From Haliotis rubra (Eukaryota), in assembly GCF_003918875.1 (NCBI RefSeq), contig NW_025766936.1:1054001-1118000 (forward strand): a stretch of 64,000 nucleotides of DNA, read 5' to 3'. The notes beneath the pieces were generated by a model that saw only the letters and a program-made list of their open reading frames with translations, did not search any database and was not told the DNA's origin. The translations under genes and the position numbers were made by a program. Shown here piece by piece: positions 54,701 through 64,000 of the stretch (position 1 is its first letter; each line of letters opens with the position of its first letter).

Positions 54701-57700
54701 TGCCAGTCACATTATGAAACTAGACATTTTGTGGCATGGCCGTAAGCATTTTGTTTAAACATTTTGTAAACCCACAGCTGAACCTTGAACGTAAATGACT
54801 TGACAGGGAAGAACACCATGAAGAGCCAGAACAAATCCTTGTCAGGCCCGATCCATTAAGTATTTGTAGCTACAACAGTTGTAAGTCAATTTCCAAACTT
54901 ACAAGAGTCATAGTATTAATACTTCTGGATCAGGACCATGAAAACAAGGATTTTAAACTATATAAAACACAGCTGGTGTATCCACAAACAAGCAGGAAGT
55001 ACCAGACATGTTCCCACTTTTAGACTACGTCTGAATGTTCCTGCTACATGACACTTGTCTTGGCTTACAATCAGTTTGTTCAATCTATAGCAGCAGCCCA
55101 GAGATTACAGATAGTGAATCTCCGACATTGTTGTCTTGGTCAGAAGTCAGTGTAGCTACACGTAATATGATAAAGATACTTGCATCTATTCAAATGCCAG
55201 AATTCAAAAGTTTTGCAATTTTGCAAATCGTGGATAGAGACCACAGAAGACATTCAATTCAAGACATGACCTGACTTCTACTTTGCCATAAATTAAATCA
55301 GTTGGAGGAATGACGAATTTCACAACATGACTGTACAATAGACATACCCAAACTTCCTGATAAAGAAATATTTTATGTGAATAAATTAATTCTATTATGC
55401 ACAGTGACAGCATGATAAGTTATATGAGTACTGCTACATGTATTTGTGACAGTAAATAGTTCTATGTGTGGACTGATGTTTGCTATGAGATATACTACAG
55501 TTGGTTATCAAGCATGTTTACTATTCTACAGGAGTCAAACTCATCTAGTATGTCTAGATTTCTAAAGTTGCACAAACATTTTCACACATTTATAAAAACT
55601 GACTTCATTTCACATATTTTTAGATCTGTGATTCATATTTTCTGAAGTTAAACTGTTAATGTCTAACTCAATGAATGTCCAATTCAATTAAAGTTTTCGT
55701 TTAAATTATTCATATGATTTACTGAATTATATTTATGAATTGTGATGAAAGTACCGCAGCAACAAGCTCCACCTACCTTAGGGTCGAACTTCCTAAACTG
55801 GTCGAGTCCGAGGCCTGTAAACACCAGACACACAATGGAGAAACAAAGGAATACAGAATCGGGATCACTTCATAGGTTTCAAGACGTTTCAATCCAAGAT
55901 CAGTTACTACTTGACAAGGAATCATAATAAAACACACACTGAATACAGGCCAGATAGGACAATCTATACAATACACCCATCTGGATAAACGTATCAATGT
56001 ATTGTATTGTATAAGCCAGTTCATATGTTACAGAAACTGTCACACACAGTTTCCTAACACCCAAAAGTCTAGTGATAGTACATGATACACATGTACACAC
56101 TAATATATGCTGTGCTGATAAGAATGTGTACATATTTTACCCATGTGGGGAATCGAACCCGGGTCTTCAGCGTGACGAGCAGACGCTTTAACCATTAGGC
56201 TACCCCCCACCAACAAACATGAGGTACAGGGGATCTATTACCAGTCACAAGGCACCACTGTGTATGTTGTGTATTACACTGTTACCAGTTACAAGGCACC
56301 ACTGTGTATGTTGTGTATTACACTGTTACCAGGTACAAGGCACCACTGTGTATGTTGTATATTACCCTGTTACCAGTTACAAGGCACCACTGTGTATGTT
56401 GTATATTACACTGTTACCAGTTACAAGGCACCACTGTGTATGTTATGTATTACACTGTTGTATATGTTGTGTACACTGTAACCAGTTACAAGTTACAAGT
56501 TACAAGGCACCACTGTGTATGTTGTATATTACACTGTTACCAGTAACAAGGCACCACTGTGTATGTTGTATATTACACTGTTACCAGTTACAAGGCACCA
56601 CTGTGTATGTTGTATATTACACTGTTACCAGTTACAAGGCACCACTGTGTATGTTGTATATTACACTGTTACCAGTTACAAGGCACCACTGTGTATGTTG
56701 TATATTACACTGTTACCAGGTACAAGGCACCACTGTGTATAGTCAGTGACGCAGAAATGGTCCTCCTCCGACCTACCTTCGGGCTGTTTGATCCCAGGCG
56801 TGATCGAACGCACAAAATCCTCTGGGGTCATGAACACTTCCCACACGCCAGAATTAATCTGCACCTTCAGGGTGGCAAAGTACCGGAAAATCTTGTCCGG
56901 GGTTGAGTAGGCTCGGATTCTGTCTTCATACCCAATGATCTGATCAACAAAAGATTATTATCTTAAGTCAGACAATTTAGCCCACAGGTGAACTGTGTTC
57001 TCTTTCATTGAAAGAGTACAGTATAGATGATAATTTGAAAGAGACACTGTCCAGTTTGTGTCCAGGTACAAATCAAATACATGACGTGTGACAGTTTTGT
57101 AAGTTTTTGAGTGTAATTCTCCATGTTCCTTGTGGCCCTGCTAACAGTTAGGCTCTAATACTCTGTGATTACCTTGCATGATTCATTACTCAAGACACAG
57201 GCTTGCTAGACAACTTTATCTGACATCTTGTAAAGTTGTTTTAAACCAAAAACACTCATTCCCACCTTCCGGTCTCTGAAGCCGATCTTCTTCTTCTTGG
57301 TCTTCTTGCCTTCGTCATCGTGCTCGACGGCCTCACTGGACTGCCCCTCCACAGCAGCAGCATCCACCTTCAACCACTTTGCCAGCATCGTCATTCTGAA
57401 ACAATGTCCCAGCAGCTGTTACATACATAGTTCTATGTATGTAGTTGTGGTAAAGTAGGACAGCTTTAAACTGTTTCAGTGGTGTCCCTGTCATATCCTG
57501 GGATGATGGCCTGGGCTTATGTAAAAGAACAACGAAAACCAAGGCCTACTTCCACCTATAGGGATGCTTGCAAGTGTATTCATGAGTGAGCACTTAGAGT
57601 AAACCTCCTATGTGACATGTTCCTAACTTGTCAAAGTGTACAACATAGGCCACAGACTTCAGACAAGAAACTGTACATGTTGCCTTGATGTTAGACAATG

Positions 57701-58362
57701 TTAGAGTTCACAAAACCTGGATTCAGGGAATTAGTTATTCATGGCCTCTTTTCATCTGCTGAAAAAAAACTTTATGAAAATAGTAAAAACAATGAGGAAT
57801 CAAAACTCTCTTTAAAAGATTCTATGAATAGGTACTACACACCTCTCTTTACACTGAGCGACGTTAAACCCAATTTCACCTCACCTCACCTCTTTACACT
57901 GAGCATAGTAAGTGATCATAAAATTAGGAGACAACTGATTGAAATGATATGAATTAAAGAAACTATGCTAACTTACCCATCAAATCCAAAAAACAAAAGC
58001 AAGGATCCTCCTAAGAGAGCAAAGTAAAACTTTGAGTAGCCACTGGATGGACGAGTCTTGTGACCGAAATTGGAATATGGTGTTTGTTTGGCTGCCAGGC
58101 TGGCGTATGTGTGGAGAGAGTTGACAGGCAGCGTCCCCGCTGACACAGATCTATATAGTGGCAGACGTACAACTTGAACAGGTGGCGGTGACAATGATGA
58201 AGAAGATGATGGATGCTTGTATGGTTGGGTACCACCATTTAACACTCTGGCAGCTATGCAAGCAGTCCTCACCGTCGACCCTCTCTGTTGTAGTAACTTT
58301 GAAAATTCCATGGCAAGCATCATGCCATCTCTCTTGATCTTCAACGAGCCCAATTTCAACAT
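39739..58362 (-). CDS. MICU1: Mitochondrial calcium uptake protein 1, 11 coding exons, 533 aa
   Basis: Exons 57977-58362, 57266-57395, 56777-56939, 55777-55814, 47017-47131, 46413-46495, 45115-45309, 44818-44958, 41765-41873, 40523-40612, 39739-39890 join in phase (1602 nt). Polybasic [52 protein letters not shown]-hands [13 protein letters not shown] and [23 protein letters not shown]...WKC. Probable 5'UTR exon with donor at about 60015; AATAAA (-) at 39107-39112. Confidence 0.95.
40816..40985 (+). mobile_element. Short tRNA-derived SINE, family C, full copy
   Basis: A box TAGCCTAGTGG, B box GGTTCGATTCC, (ACTC)n tail, TSD AACAACCTG. Confidence 0.87.
41058..41225. mobile_element. Small MITE-like element; related copy at about 45740-45865
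   Basis: Inverted ends GTCTTTGTGAAGATTAAAGAT / ATCTTTAATCTTCGCAAAGAC; internal CCGAAGTG.CCGGCC.TGTCATAATGTAT...TTTCGAGTCGGGGGTCA shared with 45740-45865. Confidence 0.6.
41874..44735. repeat. Minisatellite, 42-bp unit, about 66 copies plus 2 degenerate ones, filling a MICU1 intron
   Basis: Unit CCCAGGAACAGCCAGAAGGCCTTGTACTGACTACACCCAATA; its reverse complement is homologous to the first 42 nt of MICU1 exon 41765-41873. Confidence 0.97.
48522..49287. repeat. Minisatellite, 48-bp unit, about 16 near-identical copies
   Basis: Unit GTACCCTTGTACCTTGTAAGTCACTTGTGGAGGTTTGGGAGGGATATT. Confidence 0.97.
50183..50345. repeat. Degenerate (CAGA/TAGA)-based short tandem repeat
   Basis: Repeats of GGCAGTCTGACAGATAGGCAAACAGACATACAGATA. 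Confidence 0.85.
56237..56740. repeat. Minisatellite, 44-bp unit, about 11 copies, 36 nt from a MICU1 donor
   Basis: Unit TTACCAGTTACAAGGCACCACTGTGTATGTTGTATATTACACTG. Confidence 0.95.
57860..57889 (+). mobile_element. Extremely 5'-truncated family A SINE (or partner LINE) tail, 30 bp
   Basis: GACGTTAAACCCAATTTCACCTCACCTCAC matches the tail of 35671-36026 with one mismatch; 15-bp TSD CTCTTTACACTGAGC. Confidence 0.8.
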
Positions 58363-61300
58363 GATTAACCTGAAAAACACAATAGTGCCCTGTAAGCCTG
58401 CTGTACACTATCTGTCAGTATCTATGCTATAATATATTATTGAATAAAAAATTACATCTGACATGAAATGTTAGCTCTTAGAAGTGACTGAACAGATCAA
58501 GGGGTTAAGCACAGGTTCACTGTGACACCACTCCAAGACAACATGGATCAGTCAAGAATGAAGATATGGGGAGACACTTCACAGTCAAGGCATTGCTTTC
58601 TACAGAGAATAAAACAATAATTGATCTAATGCTATTTTACACCACAGTTATCAATATTACAACTTGGCTATGGTTGGTTTTTTGTTTAACTTTGCAATAC
58701 TCAGCTATACGATTGCAGTCTGTAAATAGGCAAGTTTGTATCACACAATCCAGTTATTGACTTCATGAGGAGTGATCTACACAGTTGGGATACGATGACA
58801 TGTGTCAACTATGTCTGACCACCTGATCCTGTTAGTTGTCTCTTATGACTAGCATGAGTTGCTAAAGATTGATTCTTACTTGGATCTACTACTAAAAAAT
58901 ACTGTAAGTAATTGAGTTTCATAGCAGTACTCAAGATGGCATGTCTAGCTGTTGTAACCAACATCATGAGTGAAACAGACATTTGTAAACATTATGATTT
59001 ATCACAAGGTCATAAGTTTTGAGTTATAATACACAGCAGGTATTGACAGATGAACATTGCATTGAAACTTTCTAGTAATACTGATTAACCTCAGACAACT
59101 GACACAAAGCATATTACATACTGTTACCTAAATCTCTGACCCACCTATCAACTCTTCGATCAGATTACATATTTAACAAGTATAAAGTTGAACTACTCAT
59201 AATATATGTCAGAATAAATGAGGAGATATAAAGTTATCTTATTTAAAAATATGTGTGTACTACAACAAACAAAATAATAATATCCATCAGGAGCATAGAT
59301 CAATTGATATATGACATAATCAGTCAAACCCGCAATGTAGCTAGCTACCCAATCACCACTGTAAGTATTTAGTAAGTAAACAGACAAATATGAGTACTCA
59401 TAAATTAGAATGTGCTACAACATATTGACTCAGTGAGTTGGATGACTGAGCATGTCAAGTTGAATGATCAAAACATACAGCCTAAATACTCTGTGGTGAG
59501 GGCATATATTATGTTTTGCATTTTTTTCAGTGAATTATGATTCCTGTACATTATGGCAGTGTATAAAATGCGGTATGTTCCCAATCGTGAATCTGTATGT
59601 CACAGCCCGTACCTTGAAATCATATCACGATAGACAGCAGTGTCGAGATAGGGTTACCGCTGCTAATTTGGCAGATGATCTTGCCAGGAACATAACGACA
59701 GGCTATTTCGCAATTGGGCAATTTCCACCTGGATAAAACTACTTTATCGTGGATATCGGATGTGTGTACATAAAGGTGATGTCACTGAGATCTGTCACTA
59801 CACTAGCCTAGATGTGATCAATACATCCTCGTGGGTCCCATCAAAACAGTTGACCATTTTGCCTTGACTTGCATACGATCCCACTCACAAGTGGACAAGG
59901 CCCATCAGGATAATTCCTGGCCGAGGACATGAGATTCAACAATTACATGTGTACTTACACCATACAAATACTAGTTTAATACACAACGGCAAGTGGGGTG
60001 CAACAGTCACTAACCTTAATGCACTATTAATTACACACTTGACAGGGGTTAAGTTCGTCCCGTAAGCACAGCCACTAAGTGGCATCCATCTTCCTATGGT
60101 CGACTAACATTTCGCGTGTTTTTCCTTCAATACCGAACGATAACGTTACTCTGTGATTGGCTGCCGCGTGAAAATGTTTCCCCATAGCCAATCATTTACC
60201 GGTACATTCTAACCGGTTTCAAATAACGGGTGCATTTAGTAGTGTGTGTTCGGGCGACTATTCGGAATGGGATTTTTCACTAACAGTTCACACTGCAGCA
60301 ACACGGACGCCTCATACTAGTTGGGGGTTTCGTTGATTCGTTCACTGAAAAGAAACCAAAGTATATGAATGACATTAAGAAGTGATTCTTTGATCCGCAT
60401 TCAGAGATGGTAAAGAGTAGGGGAATCATAAATGTCAACTTATTGTTAGGAACAAAGTTTCGTTTATAAATATGCCTACTCCTTCATCAGACCCTGGATT
60501 TTTAACCCGTCAAACAAATGTAAAGTGAAGTTAGTATATAAACGAAATCACGAGTTGAATTGTTCCAGACACGACAGGTTCAACGATATACACCACAAGT
60601 GTAAAGTGAACGAAAATATATGGAACAGCAATAATTTCCTGAAAAGGCCAGCCAAGCACGGCTATGTCAAGCTGTAGACTAAGCCTGAAAAACACACAAA
60701 GAAAAACTGCTGAATTAAAACCCAGTTAACTAAATATTGAAACATTCAGTCAATCAATATGTTGTCAGCTATCAATCTTCGCCTATGCGTCTTTCAAAGT
60801 GATTGAGTGAGTGAGTGAGTGAGTGAGTGAGTTGAGATTTATAGTCACATCGGCAATATCTCAGGTCTACATATCGTGACTTAGAAAGTTATAAATTGAT
60901 AATAAATGGAATTAAATTACTAAAACCTGTCGACGAAGGACTGTAAAATAACTAGATTACCACAAATGGAAACGTAAATTACTAAAACCAGTAATCAGAT
61001 CTAAAACATTTTAACTATAGAGGACGACACAATATAAAAGCAGGCTACATATTGCCAACAACTGAAGGCAGAGCACCATGCTAGAGACCATGGGCACTTA
61101 AGGTACTTTTGCTACCTGAATGGACCCTGGTTGGATTTATCCCATCCCTTCAGCCGCTGTCGATTGTAGGAAATATTTAGCCGAAATTTAAAAGAACAAA
61201 AATACTACGTTTAAAAATCTGGTAAACTTAAATTTAACTTTGAAAGTTTTGGGACTTACGTACCCTCTCAGGAGGACAATAATTTTATAGTACTTCATCC

Positions 61301-61859
61301 CCTTTTGAGGGTACAGCCACTGACAATCTCAGTTATTAATCTAAACTACCAATAATAAAATATTTACTTATTTACAAACTATAGTCATCAAAATTTACGC
61401 GTCTTTAAAAAAAACAAAAAAGCGAGTAAGCATAAAATGAAACTTTGAACGCATTATCATGAATATAAGTTACAGAAATTGCTATACGAATAGAACTAGT
61501 ATCTTAATTTACCTGCATCAATCTTTTTCATACGTACATATTTTCGGCAAGTTTTCAGCTGTATTAATCGTTGATGGACATGTTTTAACAAAACTTCAGG
61601 GCCTTATTCTGGAGATTACAAGTTTTTTTCAAGAATCTTAACCTATAACAAGATGTCTCGGTGTGGTAAATACATATAATAAAACCAAGGCGTCATTAAA
61701 GTTTCCTGTTAAGCCCATTTCTGGTGTCCCCCGCCGTGATATTGCTGGAATATTGCTAAAAGTGGCGTAAAACTAAACGCAGTCAGTCATTAAAGTTTCC
61801 TAAAACGCGTTTCTGTACAGCTAAAAACATAATCACCCAAATACCATCAACGGTTCGTA

Positions 61860-62000
61860 TGTTTCCGCTATTTTTCCGAATGTTACCGAACGAACGATAA
61901 TGAAATACCGGAAGTAATATTTTGATAGCCAATCACATTTACTGTGTCGTAGGATTTGGCGCCTTTTGGACGTAATTTGGCGGGAGTCTTCATTCGTTTG
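61860..62000 (+). promoter_or_regulatory. PCNA promoter with E2F, CCAAT and ETS motifs
   Basis: TTTGGCGC (61955-61962), TTTGGCGGGA (61976-61985), AGCCAATCA (about 61927), CCGGAAGT (about 61908), all within about 250 bp upstream of the ATG. Confidence 0.7.
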
Positions 62001-62055
62001 AGGGAGACAGGTCGAGATACACAGTAAGAGGGAAATCTGCACCCATCTCAACTGA

Positions 62056-63535
<1,480 letters not shown>

Positions 63536-64000
63536 TAACCACTATTCAAAATCTGAAGAGCAGATTTCTTCTCAAGATGTACAACAATTGACTGTAAAAG
63601 AAATGTTGTTTTTAACATGCCATGTGACAGAGCTTCTGCTTAGGAAATATCCTCAACACCTGTTACTGACAAGTTTTGTATCTGAACTAATTCCAATTCC
63701 AAATGGTTTCCATGTCCCAGTTTGGGACCATCTGTTTGTATTTACAAGTTGCTAAAGTTCGCTCTGTTTCTGTCAGTGTGTTGAAATGTTTGTTCAATTT
63801 TTCTGAGATTAGTATAGAGACACTCACACTGATTGGTTGAGAAATGTTGACTGAGGAGAGCTACATGGCAGGATTTATGAGATAGGAATCGTGTCGTAGA
63901 TCATTTATAGGGCTGTGTATGACATGCAGTGCCAGGGTATTTGTTATGAACCTCTGAACGTATGAACTGATACACACATTAAATGTACCATCTGCATAAA

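Noticed and set aside
54625-54725. Other short AG...GT segments in the long MICU1 intron (7-nt pair here; also near 52390, 52650 and 53815)
   Set aside because: Not multiples of 3 or contain a stop; the 54625 pair is a simple local duplication.

Overview
This is eukaryotic (animal) genomic DNA, not prokaryotic. Gene structures and SINE content suggest a mollusc, possibly an abalone-like gastropod (inference only). Five spliced genes can be rebuilt by hand: an acid lipase of the LIPA/LIPF family (- strand, 8 exons, 400 aa, one GC-AG intron); MOB1 (- strand, 4 coding exons, one +1 G homopolymer frameshift that is probably an assembly error); hnRNP F/H-like (+ strand, head-to-head with MOB1); MICU1 (- strand, 11 coding exons, 533 aa); and the 5' part of PCNA (+ strand). 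MOB1 introns carry a DIRS1-type tyrosine-recombinase retrotransposon with complete termini, a DD34E Tc1 transposon with an open ORF, and a LINE 3' end. SINEs, Harbinger-like MITEs and minisatellites are common. The most interesting signals concern splicing: (1) minisatellites that are amplified copies of exon-intron junctions (a 42-bp array from a MICU1 acceptor/exon start; a 23-bp array from a lipase donor); (2) candidate in-frame microexons in MICU1, in the intron that hosts the vertebrate MICU1.1 microexon, and in hnRNP F/H; (3) a 139-nt G-run-flanked hnRNP F/H exon whose skipping gives an immediate stop, matching vertebrate HNRNPH1 autoregulation; (4) strong 5' splice sites in the DIRS termini, one 94 nt from a MOB1 acceptor. 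Most long ORFs in the supplied track are minisatellite artefacts. All coordinates were read by hand and no searches were run.
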